Shown here: positions 14,586 to 26,717 of the stretch, in pieces
Position numbering within the stretch: position 1 is the stretch's first letter
Layout of the letters: every line of letters starts with the position of its first letter
Position numbers and translations under genes: made by a program
The notes under the pieces: model-generated
What the model was told of the DNA's origin: nothing
The model's input: the letters and a program-made list of their open reading frames with translations, nothing else
Database searches by the model: none
Assembly: GCA_050951545.1 (NCBI GenBank)
Contig: JBMNJG010000016.1
Span: 32,001 to 96,000, forward strand
Length of the DNA: 64,000 bases
Direction of reading: 5' to 3'
DNA from: Limnochordia bacterium
Lineage (GTDB): Bacteria; Bacillota; Limnochordia; DTU080

Positions 14586-15677
14586 TCAAACGAAGCTTGC
14601 TCGTCTGCTTTTTTTCGCCTCTGCCCTAACCTGAGCAAAGCGTTCGGGCGGTACAGCGCGCTCAAAACTTCGGAGCCCGGCCAACCTAAAGCCATGCTTC
14701 TCAGCCAATCGTGAGATTTCTTTCACTTTGGCCGGGTCCAGGTCACGACCAAGGCTGTAGTCTTCATAGCGCCCCTCAAGTGCCAGGATCATCGTCTCCG
14801 CCATGCATGCATAGGCGGTACCTCGCGGGAAACCAAAATCCATACCAAAGTCTACATTCCCTGGCACTACCACCACTCCACCTTCGAAGACCAATACATC
14901 CCGCCGAGCCTCAGCGACTGTCTTGGAGACGTTACGAGGACGACTTACGTCGCATACGATGGTGCCGGGCTGTAGATCGGCGGCATCCACCACCGCTTCC
15001 ATGGCGCTCGTAACAGCTACGATCACCCCCGCGCTGCGCACAGCTGCCGACAGATCCGTCTGAACACATACAGAAGCCCCCGTCTCCTCGCGGACAAGCG
15101 AAGCCGTCTGCTCCAGCTTCTTCACATCCCTAGCCACAAGGGTTACGTCCAGTCCCCGAGCCGCCAGAAGGCGAGCGCAAGCCTTGCCTATGGAGCCCGA
15201 TGCACCAAGGACGCTTACCGGCAAGGACTTCAGGTCAACCCCCATCGCCTGTGCCGCATAGTCCAACCCCTGCAAGGCTGTGGCTACTGTGTAGGTGTTC
15301 CCCGTGGTCACGGCAATATCGAGCTGGCGAGCGACACTGACACCCGCGTCTCCCACCACCGCGGTAAAAGCGCCGAGACCCACGATCTTAGCCCCGCAGT
15401 CGGCAGCCTTGCGGCCCGCGGCCACGATCTTTTTTAGCACCTTATCGACAGGGATCTTCTCCACCATCAAGCGAGGCGTCAGTGTGAGTCCGATAAACCA
15501 ACCCTCAGCCTCCAGACCCGTCAATGAGCGCACACCAGTGATGTGGGAGGCTACCAAAGGGGGCGCAAAACGAACTGCACTTTCTAACAAGCTGTCGGGC
15601 AGTTTCGCCGCGCCAGGGAATTTTCGTTCGAGATCATGTAGGTCCAGTGGATGGACGATGAAGCCAAACCTCTCCAA
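14586..15677 (-). CDS. Acyl-ACP/acyl-CoA reductase-like NAD(P)-binding protein (often annotated shikimate dehydrogenase)
   Basis: FGFIVHP N-terminus, GLGAFT, TTGNTYT, GASGSIG Rossmann motif, CDVSRPRNV and AYACMAETMILALEG; the pattern matches cyanobacterial AAR and PigE-type reductase domains. Confidence 0.75.
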   Translation of the reverse strand: MERFGFIVHPLDLHDLERKFPGAAKLPDSLLESAVRFAPPLVASHITGVRSLTGLEAEGWFIGLTLTPRLMVEKIPVDKVLKKIVAAGRKAADCGAKIVGLGAFTAVVGDAGVSVARQLDIAVTTGNTYTVATALQGLDYAAQAMGVDLKSLPVSVLGASGSIGKACARLLAARGLDVTLVARDVKKLEQTASLVREETGASVCVQTDLSAAVRSAGVIVAVTSAMEAVVDAADLQPGTIVCDVSRPRNVSKTVAEARRDVLVFEGGVVVVPGNVDFGMDFGFPRGTAYACMAETMILALEGRYEDYSLGRDLDPAKVKEISRLAEKHGFRLAGLRSFERAVPPERFAQVRAEAKKSRRASFV

Positions 15678-15699
15678 CGTGCCGCCTCCCGAGTCTCTC

Positions 15700-16650
15700 T
15701 CAAATACCTACGAAGGCCGGCCTTGGACTACCGGAGGGCGCAGCCTGTGCGGAAAAACGTTCTATTCGGGGCTGGAAACCCAGCTTTTCGATCAGTTCGA
15801 GGTAGTCGGCCGGGCCGATATCGTCTACACGTTTGCCGGACAAAACAACCAGCGCTGCCTCCAAGACATTAGTGCCAAACGAGCGCCCCCCGAAATCAGG
15901 TGTCGTCGTGATGAGAGTGGCAGCCCCGCGGCTTCTAATCTCATCCACATTCTCAACTGTCACGGTGTTAGTCATGACTATCTTGCCATCTAGATGCTTG
16001 GGCATGTACCGCCTGATGTAGTGGAAGTCTCCTGCAATGACCTCAGCCCATTCGAAAAAGCGGTCGTACCGGGGCGAGACTTTCTCTTGCTTACTGCCAG
16101 TCGGGTACAGCAATTTGAAGGGTAGCTGAACGACAACCGGAGCAAGCACACGGGCCACCATCTCAAGGGAAGACGGAGAGTGCAACCCTACAGGTACCCC
16201 GAGCCCGAAAACAAGGTCGCCAAATGTCATCTGGCACCCGAGTTGAGTGAAGGCATCCGCCATCCCAAACCGATCGACGGCGACGACGATAAGCACCCGC
16301 TTGCCTTTTAGCCGGATGTCCGTTTCCTCATCCACGTAGTTGACGACCCAACGCTCCAGCGAGTTCTTCAAGCCGCTACCATCCACAATGGGCGTTATCC
16401 TCGCTGCGCTGGCGATACGCTGAGCATCCCTAAAGCGATAGCGGCACTGGCCAGAGTAAATGTACAGATCGATCCCACCGAGACCGAAAGCATCAACCTT
16501 GCCGTCGAGTTCCCTCACCAAGTCGATGGCTCGCCGCAAGTCACCGTCCGTCCCGATGCGTTCGATGACGAAAGGCTCGCCCAATAGCTCCGTCTCTACT
16601 CTGTGATTGCGACTAGATGAGCCGATGCTTACGCTTACAACGCGTTTCAT
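15700..16650 (-). CDS. Conserved protein of unknown function (commonly labelled 'quinate 5-dehydrogenase')
   Basis: MKRVVSVSIGSS, RIGTDGD, DAFGLGG, DGSGLKNSLE and GRSFGTNVLEA motifs. Confidence 0.7.
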   Translation of the reverse strand: MKRVVSVSIGSSSRNHRVETELLGEPFVIERIGTDGDLRRAIDLVRELDGKVDAFGLGGIDLYIYSGQCRYRFRDAQRIASAARITPIVDGSGLKNSLERWVVNYVDEETDIRLKGKRVLIVVAVDRFGMADAFTQLGCQMTFGDLVFGLGVPVGLHSPSSLEMVARVLAPVVVQLPFKLLYPTGSKQEKVSPRYDRFFEWAEVIAGDFHYIRRYMPKHLDGKIVMTNTVTVENVDEIRSRGAATLITTTPDFGGRSFGTNVLEAALVVLSGKRVDDIGPADYLELIEKLGFQPRIERFSAQAAPSGSPRPAFVGI

Positions 16651-16683
16651 ATGCTTGCCCTCCCGAGAGCAACTGCGAACCGC

Positions 16684-17223
16684 CTACACGCTTTCATAGG
16701 CCTTAACGCCACGGATGACCTCCCGTATACTTTCGGGCGATACCACCTTGTCTTCACGAATGGGAGAGACGCCAATCTCGACACCGACTACTTTGTCACG
16801 ACCCAAGATAGACTCCAACACGCGCACCCGCATATCTGACCCAAGGAAAATGACACTGTCATACTCCTTAAGCTCACTGATGAGACTCAAAAGGTAGTTG
16901 AACAGCTCTGCCCCTGACATCTCAGAAGCCCACTGCCAACGTTCCCTGTCGGTCAGAAGCAGGCAGAGTTCCACACCCTCTTCTTCGGCAATCTGCTTGA
17001 TCGCCACGTGATTGGCAATGGGAAAACCAATCAGTGCCAGGCGTCCACCCTTGCGAACTTCCCCTAGACTCTCTAGGCGCGAAATGAAGGCCCGGTCAAT
17101 ACCGAGCTCTTCTGCCACCTCTTGCTGGGACGCCCCCTGGGCACGCAGCTCCAAGAGTCTTTCGACAAGGCGAGTGATTTTGTGGCGGCTCACCAGCTTG
17201 TCACCGATGCGTATGAGGTCCAC
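16684..17223 (-). CDS. HTH transcriptional regulator
   Basis: LRAQGASQQEVAEELGIDRAFISRLE HTH; start set at the GTG after a GGGGAG RBS. Confidence 0.8.
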   Translation of the reverse strand: MDLIRIGDKLVSRHKITRLVERLLELRAQGASQQEVAEELGIDRAFISRLESLGEVRKGGRLALIGFPIANHVAIKQIAEEEGVELCLLLTDRERWQWASEMSGAELFNYLLSLISELKEYDSVIFLGSDMRVRVLESILGRDKVVGVEIGVSPIREDKVVSPESIREVIRGVKAYESV

Positions 17224-17239
17224 AACGCTCTCCCCCACT

Positions 17240-17293
17240 ATGTGCACAATTCTGTGCACATGCCATTCTATCAGGTTCACTGCTGCCTAGCAA
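17240..17293 (-). promoter_or_regulatory. Sigma-A promoter plus palindromic operator
   Basis: TTGCTA-17nt-TAGAAT with extended -10 TG, followed by ATGTGCACA-N4-TGTGCACAT (17240-17261). Confidence 0.75.
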
Positions 17294-18264
17294 TAGCTAC
17301 CCAGCTGCTGGCGATAGGTCTGCAGAATATCGATCACACCCTCCGGCGTCTCTGCTTGCATGATCATCTGCTTGACCTGATTGGCGTGATCCAACCCCTT
17401 TAGATACCACGCCAAGTGCTTACGCATCTCGTACACAGCCCGCGCCCCCCCAAACTGGACGGCCATGTTCAGATGCCGCACCGCCATGGCTATTCGTTCA
17501 TCTGGAGTGGGATCGGGGAGGATCTCTCCGCAATGAAGATACCGAAGGATCTGACCAAACAGCCAGGGATTCCCCAAGCCCGCCCGACCGACCATCACAG
17601 CATCACACCCTGTTTCATGCAGGAGGCGCGCCGCGTCATGTGGCGTATGGACGTCCCCGTTTCCGATCACTGGGATGGTGACCGCCGCTTTAACTGCTGC
17701 GATGACCGACCAGTCAGCAGCCCCGCTGTAAAACTGTTCGCGGGTCCGCCCATGGATGCAGAGTGCCGTAGCCCCCACACCTTCTGCAAGGCGAGAGAGT
17801 TCCACCGCAGTGGAGTGTTCGTCGTCCCACCCCTTGCGCATCTTTACCGTCACCGGGATCGTAACTGCCTTGACCACCGCTTCCACAATGCGCGCTGCCT
17901 TGACTGGATCCCGCATCAAGGCACAGCCATCACCGCCATCCACGATCTTGGGCGTAGGGCATCCCATATTGATGTCAATGATATCCGGACCCAAATCCGC
18001 CACATACCTGGCCGCCTCCGCCATGACCGCAGGATGAGATCCAAACACTTGCACTGCTACTGGCCGTTCAGCTTCTGAGATGCTGAGCAATTTCTTCGTT
18101 CCCGGATTGCCATACTGAAGCGCCATGGCACTGACCATAGGAGCGCAAACCAACCCACACCCGAACTCCTTGACAAGCAGCCGAAAAGGTAGATCTGTCA
18201 CGCCTGCCATCGGCGCCAAGACTACGCGATTGGCGATCTCTGCATCACCAATGTGCCAACGCAT
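17287..18264 (-). CDS. dusB: tRNA-dihydrouridine synthase B
   Basis: LAPMAGVTD, DINMGCP, HGRTREQ and GNGD motifs. Confidence 0.96.
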   Translation of the reverse strand: MRWHIGDAEIANRVVLAPMAGVTDLPFRLLVKEFGCGLVCAPMVSAMALQYGNPGTKKLLSISEAERPVAVQVFGSHPAVMAEAARYVADLGPDIIDINMGCPTPKIVDGGDGCALMRDPVKAARIVEAVVKAVTIPVTVKMRKGWDDEHSTAVELSRLAEGVGATALCIHGRTREQFYSGAADWSVIAAVKAAVTIPVIGNGDVHTPHDAARLLHETGCDAVMVGRAGLGNPWLFGQILRYLHCGEILPDPTPDERIAMAVRHLNMAVQFGGARAVYEMRKHLAWYLKGLDHANQVKQMIMQAETPEGVIDILQTYRQQLGSYC

Positions 18265-18479
18265 GCGTCATGACCTCCCGCTTCAATGCGTAGTTGCCTA
18301 TACTCCTGATGTCTTGCGAAACAAAAGAAGACAGGTAGCGTGCCCTGTCTTTTGCCCTGCAAGTCAATAGGCGGATATCCGGCTGGATACCCGCCTCTGC
18401 AAGCTCTTTTACCTATCATACTGGCATGAGCGCCTTCCGCCAAATCGGCTCGCATAGGCGCCCATGCACACTCGCCTTT

Positions 18480-18689
18480 TCACGACTCCGGTAAGGAGTA
18501 CCGCTTGCGGAAACGCTCTACCCGCCCCGTAGCATCAACCATCTTCTGCCTAGCACCTGTGAAAAACGGATGACACTTGGAGCAGACCTCAACACGTAGG
18601 TTCTCCACTGTCGAACCTGTCTCAAAGCGTTCACCGCAGGCACACGTGATGGTAGTAGTGAAATACTTGGGATGTATACCCGCCTTCAA
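18480..18689 (-). CDS. rpmE: 50S ribosomal protein L31 (zinc-binding type)
   Basis: [28 protein letters not shown]; TTG start after GAGGTG. Confidence 0.96.
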   Translation of the reverse strand: MKAGIHPKYFTTTITCACGERFETGSTVENLRVEVCSKCHPFFTGARQKMVDATGRVERFRKRYSLPES

Positions 18690-18772
18690 GAGCCTGTCAC
18701 CTCTTTGCTGAGCCAAAATGCACCTAAGTATTATATCACGCTAACTGCTGCACAGCAACCGTCTCGCGACAC

Positions 18773-19864
18773 TTAGCGCAGGTAGTCTAGCGGGTTGTAG
18801 GCGCGACCGTTCAAACGTATTTCAAAGTGAACATGGGGCCCGGTTGAGCGGCCTGTGTTACCACTCCGGGCAAGTACCTGACCTGCCGTCACGCGATTGC
18901 CAACCTTTGCCAATAAGCGGCTGTTGTGCGCGTAGCGGGTCTCCACTCCATTGCCGTGGTCTACCTTCACCAGGTATCCGTAGTTGCCACTCCAACCAAC
19001 AAAGGTAACCTTGCCAGGGGCCGCCGCCCTTACTGGGGTCCCCGTGTTGACCGCGATGTCTAGCCCCTCGTGCATTCGCCCCCAGCGCGGGCCAAACCGA
19101 CTGCTGATACGTCCACGTACTGGCCACTCAAAAGACCTCTGCAAGCGCCCTTTGACCACCAGGGCTCGTGACTTCTGTGCCGTGCTGCCACTCTGAGATC
19201 TGGCTACAGCGGCTTTCGGCTTAGCCCCCGGAACCACCAGCTCCTGTTTGGGTTGCAGACGTTCGGGATTCGCGAGGCTATTGGCTTGTATGATCTTGCC
19301 AACATCGACCTTATAACTCTTGGCGATGTCCCACAAGCTCTCTCCCTGGCGCACAGTATGCAGAACGCCCTTTACAGTGAGAACCTTCAGCTCTTGGCCA
19401 ATCTTTAGTTTGTTTGCGTTACTCAGGTTGTTGCACGCCAAAACCGTGTCCACATCAACACCATGGGCCTTGGCGATATCCCACAAGGTCTCGCCGCTCT
19501 TGACAACATGCCGTACCACCGCTGGCTTTTTCTCAGGAGCTGCTTGCGCGTCAGTTACCTTCACTGACTTACGAATAGCTTCATCCGTGACTTTCGGTAA
19601 CGGAAAGAGCTTATGTACTTCAATAGAAAAAGGGGCCGTTTCCTGGACGTTCGGCAGAATCGTAAACAGCTGAACATCAAGGGGTATGGGCCCTACGCCG
19701 CCGATCATCGAGCCAACTACAGGTGACACAGCCGACGCACACGCCGCCGCATCGCCATTTCCCTCATCTCCGGAGGGAGGTGCTCCACCCAAGGCTATTG
19801 CGAATAGCATCGACAAAACTCCAAGAAGCGTAAGCGGATTCACAGATTTCGAACGCATCCTCAA
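18773..19864 (-). CDS. LysM-LysM-M23 peptidoglycan endopeptidase
   Basis: Two LysM repeats (HVVKSGETLWDIAK, HTVRQGESLWDIAK); HEGLD, YAHN and TGPHVHFE motifs. Confidence 0.93.
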   Translation of the reverse strand: MRMRSKSVNPLTLLGVLSMLFAIALGGAPPSGDEGNGDAAACASAVSPVVGSMIGGVGPIPLDVQLFTILPNVQETAPFSIEVHKLFPLPKVTDEAIRKSVKVTDAQAAPEKKPAVVRHVVKSGETLWDIAKAHGVDVDTVLACNNLSNANKLKIGQELKVLTVKGVLHTVRQGESLWDIAKSYKVDVGKIIQANSLANPERLQPKQELVVPGAKPKAAVARSQSGSTAQKSRALVVKGRLQRSFEWPVRGRISSRFGPRWGRMHEGLDIAVNTGTPVRAAAPGKVTFVGWSGNYGYLVKVDHGNGVETRYAHNSRLLAKVGNRVTAGQVLARSGNTGRSTGPHVHFEIRLNGRAYNPLDYLR

Positions 19865-20024
19865 ACCTCCGAACCGGAGCCCTAGAACAGCAAACTACCC
19901 AGCCCTCTTCGGCGCTTGCCGAGAATCTCCTCCTCTGAGAATCCTTCTACGTTGCATCATCGGCATCAGTGCCCCTCATTCCCGTGGCAAGCAGCCGCCC
20001 GTAGGGTCGGGCGCTTCTCGGGTA

Positions 20025-21296
20025 CTATGAACGAATGTTCTCGGCCAATGGCGACTTCAATACTACTTCCATGAACTCAGCGTTTGATCTTGTATGTGTA
20101 AGCCTATCGATAAGCAGGTCTGTTGTCTCAGCAGTCCCTAGCTGAGCCAACGCCTTGCGGAGAGTCCAGGCCATTTCCAGCTCCTGTTCAGAGAAAAGCA
20201 GCTCCTCTTTCCTTGTGCCAGAGCGGTAGATATCGATAGCAGGGAAGATGCGCCTTTCGGCAAGACGGCGGTCCAGATGCAGCTCCATGTTACCAGTTCC
20301 CTTAAACTCCTCATAGATGACCTCGTCCATGCGACTTCCCGTCTCAATCAAGGCTGTTGCCAAGACCGTCAGGCTTCCGCCCTCTTCGATTTTCCGCGCT
20401 GCACCGAAAAAGCGCTTAGGCCGATGCAGTGCCGCTGGATCCACGCCCCCAGACAGCGTACGACCGCTAGGAGGCACGACGAGATTGTGTGCACGCGCTA
20501 GCCGCGTGATGCTATCCAACAGAATCGCCACATCCACGCCCTGCTCTACCAGCCTTTTTGCCCGCTCCAACACCATGTCTGCAACACGCACATGGTTTTC
20601 CGGCGGCATGTCAAAGGTAGAGCTGATCACTTCACCCTGTACTGAACGCTCCATATCAGTAACCTCTTCGGGCCGCTCATCGATCAGAAGCACGATAAGC
20701 TCGACTTCCGGATGGTTGACACTGATGCTGTTGGCCAGCTTCTTCAGAACCGTGGTCTTGCCCGCCTTGGGAGGGGCCACGATCATCCCTCGCTGCCCCT
20801 TCCCCAGAGGGGCCATCACGTCGATGAGACGTGTAGCCACGTCCTTAAGGGCAGGAACCTCAAGGCGCAAACGCTCCATCGGGTAGATAGGAGTGAGATC
20901 GTCGAAGCTTGGCCGGCGAGTCGCCTCTTCCGGATCAAGCATGTTGACACTCTTGACGCGTAGCAAAGCATGATAGCGCTCGTTGTCCTTGGGAGGCCGT
21001 ACCTGACCGAGCACCTGGTCACCTGTCCGCAAGTTGAACCTTCGGATTTGAGATGGGGAAATGTACACATCCTCATTGCTGGGCGTGTAGTTTCTCCGGC
21101 GCAAGAAACCATAACCTTCCGACAGGACCTCGAGAATACCCTGTGTAAAATCGAACCCCTCTTGCTGTGACTCGACTTCTAGGATGCGCATTATCAGATC
21201 GCGTTTGCGCATCTTACTAAAACCACTGATCTCCATTGACTTCGCTATTTCGTGAAGCTCTGCATTCGTCTTACTCTCTAGTTCCGCGATATTCAC
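20025..21296 (-). CDS. rho: Transcription termination factor Rho
   Basis: [31 protein letters not shown] and EEFKGTGN motifs. Confidence 0.98.
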   Translation of the reverse strand: MNIAELESKTNAELHEIAKSMEISGFSKMRKRDLIMRILEVESQQEGFDFTQGILEVLSEGYGFLRRRNYTPSNEDVYISPSQIRRFNLRTGDQVLGQVRPPKDNERYHALLRVKSVNMLDPEEATRRPSFDDLTPIYPMERLRLEVPALKDVATRLIDVMAPLGKGQRGMIVAPPKAGKTTVLKKLANSISVNHPEVELIVLLIDERPEEVTDMERSVQGEVISSTFDMPPENHVRVADMVLERAKRLVEQGVDVAILLDSITRLARAHNLVVPPSGRTLSGGVDPAALHRPKRFFGAARKIEEGGSLTVLATALIETGSRMDEVIYEEFKGTGNMELHLDRRLAERRIFPAIDIYRSGTRKEELLFSEQELEMAWTLRKALAQLGTAETTDLLIDRLTHTRSNAEFMEVVLKSPLAENIRS

Positions 21297-21766
21297 TTAG
21301 CGCACTGCCTCCTACGGCTACTTATCTGTAGCCCTTGTGGGGAATTGAGACTGCTTGGATAGTGTGGGACAAACGAGGGCATGGACCGAGAACGTGAGCA
21401 GGAACGCACGCTACGGGCCGTTAGGCGGCGACGTTTCGGCAAGGGGTGCATACGAATAAACACGTTGAGATAGGATCAATCGGCTGAGGGATGGCCGTAC
21501 CAAGTCAAAAAAGCAGCATCCAACATCGGCACAACACTTCGTGGCACCCCGTGGTATTCCTCTTCAGTTACTAGTATCTGTTGGGTGTCCCCTATTATGC
21601 ATTCTGGAGGCACACATGAGCACCTAGCTGGCCACCACGAGCAATGAGAATGAGGGCGTTCTTGTCGATGATGCAGCGTCGATATCTTCTGATGCTAGAC
21701 CAAAAGTCGGCCCGCGTGGGTACGAGCCGACTTAATCACAGCAGAGGCCGCTTCACCTAACCACGT

Positions 21767-22261
21767 CTAGCCTCGAAGCTTCCTCAGGAAATCGTCCGGA
21801 TTGAGATCCGCCAACACACGCCGGAACTCTGCAATCTCGTCTTCATCAATGGGCTGTACTGGTTTGATGCTTATCAAGGCCTTCGCAGCCACCTCATCGG
21901 AGATGAAGATGGGTGCTCCACTTCGCAGAGCAAGTGCTATAGCATCAGAGGGCCTCGCATCTACCCCTACCTCGCCATCCTTTGTCTTGAGGCATATGCG
22001 GGCATAGTACGTCTCCTCGCGTAGGTCGTGGATCAGGATCCGGTCGATCTTCGCCTTTAGGGTATCCAGCACGTTCTTCAAAAGATCGTGAGTCATCGGC
22101 CGAGCAAGCTTCTGACCCTCCAATCCTTGACTGATGGCGGTGGCCTCCCACACACCGATCATGATTGGAATGAACCCTTTCTCTTCGTAGTCGGTGATTA
22201 CCACCACTGGTACCATGCTATTCTGATCGAGCCCGACTACCTTGACCTTCATCCTGACCAT
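21767..22261 (-). CDS. Bifunctional nuclease family protein (DUF151)
   Basis: IPIMIG..EA, RPMTHDL and DARPSDAIALA motifs. Confidence 0.92.
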   Translation of the reverse strand: MVRMKVKVVGLDQNSMVPVVVITDYEEKGFIPIMIGVWEATAISQGLEGQKLARPMTHDLLKNVLDTLKAKIDRILIHDLREETYYARICLKTKDGEVGVDARPSDAIALALRSGAPIFISDEVAAKALISIKPVQPIDEDEIAEFRRVLADLNPDDFLRKLRG

Positions 22262-22360
22262 CTGGATTCCCCCCCTCAGGGTCTCTACTCTTGTGGCTAT
22301 TATAGCATGACTTCGCTGACCATGCCAACGAGGAGCCCTTCCCCACAGGCAAGAGACCAG

Positions 22361-24007
<1,647 letters not shown>

Positions 24008-24044
24008 CTAAGAAGAATAGACACCTAGCTACATGATAAGTAAC

Positions 24045-24761
24045 CTAAGCCTTTTCTGGTTCGTCATACGGCTCCTTGTATTTCTGCAACACCTCAGCAA
24101 GAGCAGTGACCAGAAGCAGAGCCAGAAGACCTCCCAGAAGAATGATCACAGGAAACAGCAATAGCCAACTCACTGAGGCAATAAGGAACACCTCGAGCAA
24201 CACGATGATGGTCATCACCAGATTGTCCAGAGCCAGCAAAGCGGCTCTTTTCAGCAACTTGAACAATCCCACCTGTTCGTGCGCGATGAGGGGGAAGATA
24301 TAGGTCGTCATCAGCATCCAAAACAACAGCAAATAGAGCCACGGCACCGCGATCCACTGCACAACCCGTATACTGCTACTCAAGAAGAACACGATATCCA
24401 CGACGAGAACGAAAAGCACTATGAGCATCGCTGCGCTCGCCTTAACCGTTAGCCAGTAGTGGGCACCGAAGCGTCGCCAGAGTTCGCCCACCCCTGGCTC
24501 CTCTTTGTCGACCAATGCCCGTGCTACAGAGCACACCGCGGCCGTCACTGGCGAGGCGAGGAGGATGACGGCAAAGAACACCACTAAAAACGTCAGGACG
24601 CAAGGCACCTGACGCGCGAAGCTAATCGAGAAGGTCGTGGGCATAAAGGCTAAAGCGAACCAGACAAAACTGCAGAACAAGACCATTCCTAGGTGCTCAT
24701 ATGCTCCGCGCATCGCAGTGACGAAAATACGGCCACTGCTGCGGAGAGACTCACCAGCCAC
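24045..24761 (-). CDS. YesL/DUF624-like membrane protein
   Basis: Several TM segments, with PVTAA and YIFPL motifs. Confidence 0.65.
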   Translation of the reverse strand: MAGESLRSSGRIFVTAMRGAYEHLGMVLFCSFVWFALAFMPTTFSISFARQVPCVLTFLVVFFAVILLASPVTAAVCSVARALVDKEEPGVGELWRRFGAHYWLTVKASAAMLIVLFVLVVDIVFFLSSSIRVVQWIAVPWLYLLLFWMLMTTYIFPLIAHEQVGLFKLLKRAALLALDNLVMTIIVLLEVFLIASVSWLLLFPVIILLGGLLALLLVTALAEVLQKYKEPYDEPEKA

Positions 24762-24784
24762 GAGACACCCCCTTTCGGCAAGAC

Positions 24785-25648
24785 CTAAGAACCAAAACTA
24801 AGCAAAGCCTCCCGCATCAGCATAGCGGCCAACACAGATGTGGCTACGCCAGACTCAGCCAGCGGGCACAGCTCCACCAAGTCAAACCCAACAACCCTAG
24901 CCGCTGCCAGAACATGCAGAGCCTGCACAAGCTCGTGCGGAGTACACCCACACGGTTCCGGGGTACCCGTGGCGGGCGCATAGCCCGGATCAATCACGTC
25001 AATGTCTAGCGTCACATAGACCGGCCGCTCATCCAGCTGCGATAGTACATGCCGCAAAGGTCCTACTACCTCGTATGGGTAGAAACGGACGTGTTGCCGT
25101 GCGTAGGCGAACTCCTCCTTGCTGCCCGAGCGAACACCAAACTGGTATACGTTCTGCGGACCAACTTGCTCACAGACCCGCCGCATCACGGTAGCATGGG
25201 AGTGCTTGGCCCCTAGGTAACTATCGCGCAGATCGGCATGGGCATCAAAATGCAACACGGCTAGGTCTGGGTAGGCCTGATGCGCTGCCCGAATGATTGG
25301 CAACGAAATAAGATGCTCGCCGCCCAAGAAAAACGGTCTTTTGCCCCGGGAAAGCACTTCCAGGCGTACCACTTTCTCTATACGGCTGAGAGCAGTGGTG
25401 GTATCGCCCAAAGGAATCTCCACATCACCAGCGTCGTAGAAAGCCGCTTCGAGCAGTGATTTATCCAAGAGCGGGCTGTACTCCTCCAGTGAACCGGAGA
25501 CATCCCGAATGCGCGACGGAGCAAAACGCGTCCCGGGCCAGAAACTAGCTGTGCCGTCAAAAGGTGCCCCCATAAGCACCACCCCGGCGTTCTCAAGCGA
25601 GTCGATACTGCCGAGGAAACGGGAGCTTCCCGGGACTACACCTTGCAC
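24785..25648 (-). CDS. speB: Agmatinase
   Basis: GGEH, DAHADL and DIDVIDP ureohydrolase motifs; adjacent to speE. Confidence 0.93.
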   Translation of the reverse strand: MQGVVPGSSRFLGSIDSLENAGVVLMGAPFDGTASFWPGTRFAPSRIRDVSGSLEEYSPLLDKSLLEAAFYDAGDVEIPLGDTTTALSRIEKVVRLEVLSRGKRPFFLGGEHLISLPIIRAAHQAYPDLAVLHFDAHADLRDSYLGAKHSHATVMRRVCEQVGPQNVYQFGVRSGSKEEFAYARQHVRFYPYEVVGPLRHVLSQLDERPVYVTLDIDVIDPGYAPATGTPEPCGCTPHELVQALHVLAAARVVGFDLVELCPLAESGVATSVLAAMLMREALLSFGS

Positions 25649-25683
25649 TACTCAGCACCTCTTTGCCAAAAGATGACCTGCGT

Positions 25684-26511
25684 CTAGCCCACGAGCTCCT
25701 GCACAAACCGTGGCAGGCTAAACGCCGCACGATGCACGTCTGGCGTATAGTAGCGCGTATCTATGTCGGCACATCGTTCCGCAGGAACCGCCAATGGGTC
25801 GTGCTCCTTGGAGCCCAGTGTAAAGCTCCACAAGCCACTGGGGTACGTGGGGATACTCGCCAGGAAAAGCCGTGTCACCGGGAAGAGCCTAGCCATGGCA
25901 GCGGTACAGCGCTTGATGAGATCTTTGTTGTAGAACGGCGATTCGGTCTGAGCCACCACAATGCCATCTTCTCTTAGGCTGTCGAAGATATCCATGTAGA
26001 ACTCATGGGAGAACAAGCCCACAGCGGCCCCCACTGGCTCTGTCGAATCGACGATCACCACGTCATAGGTCTCCTTGCTATCTTTCACGTGACGCAGCCC
26101 ATCCTCCACCCTTATCTCCACACGAGGATCGCTCAAAGCAAGGGAGACCTGGGGCAGATACCTACGTGAAGCCTCTATGACCTGAGAGTCGATTTCGACG
26201 AGTACGACCTTCTCGACGCTGGCATGCTTTAGCACCTCACGCACAGCTCCTCCATCGCCCCCGCCGATCACTGCCACAGTACGAGGGCTTGGATGCGTGT
26301 GCAGCGCAACATGACATATCATCTCATGATAAATGAACTCATCGCCTTCAGTAGCTTGCACCATACCATCGAGAACAAGCACCCGACCAAACTGCTCCGT
26401 ATCTAACACAGCCAAATGCTGAAAGGGCGTTCTCTCACTGACCAGGGTGCGCCGTACCCGCAATGTCAAGCCTACTGCATCGGTCTGCCTTTCTGTATAC
26501 CACAGCTCCAT
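25684..26511 (-). CDS. speE: Polyamine aminopropyltransferase (spermidine synthase)
   Basis: LDGMVQ..DEFIYHEM, IGGGDGG and DSTEP motifs. Confidence 0.96.
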   Translation of the reverse strand: MELWYTERQTDAVGLTLRVRRTLVSERTPFQHLAVLDTEQFGRVLVLDGMVQATEGDEFIYHEMICHVALHTHPSPRTVAVIGGGDGGAVREVLKHASVEKVVLVEIDSQVIEASRRYLPQVSLALSDPRVEIRVEDGLRHVKDSKETYDVVIVDSTEPVGAAVGLFSHEFYMDIFDSLREDGIVVAQTESPFYNKDLIKRCTAAMARLFPVTRLFLASIPTYPSGLWSFTLGSKEHDPLAVPAERCADIDTRYYTPDVHRAAFSLPRFVQELVG

Positions 26512-26717
26512 ATCAGGCTACCCCCCGAAACCGTGTTACGCTGTGCGAGCATGTCGGCGGCCTCCGATTAGCGCCCATTCCGCTGACAGATCCCATTCGC
26601 TTAGCAGCCAAACTTCCTGTAGTATACCAAAGCCCCATTGAAAAATAAACCGAGCCATGGAGACCTTTCCTGCAGTGGATCGGTATTGTATGATGATGAA
26701 GGCAGGAGTGACAGCGC

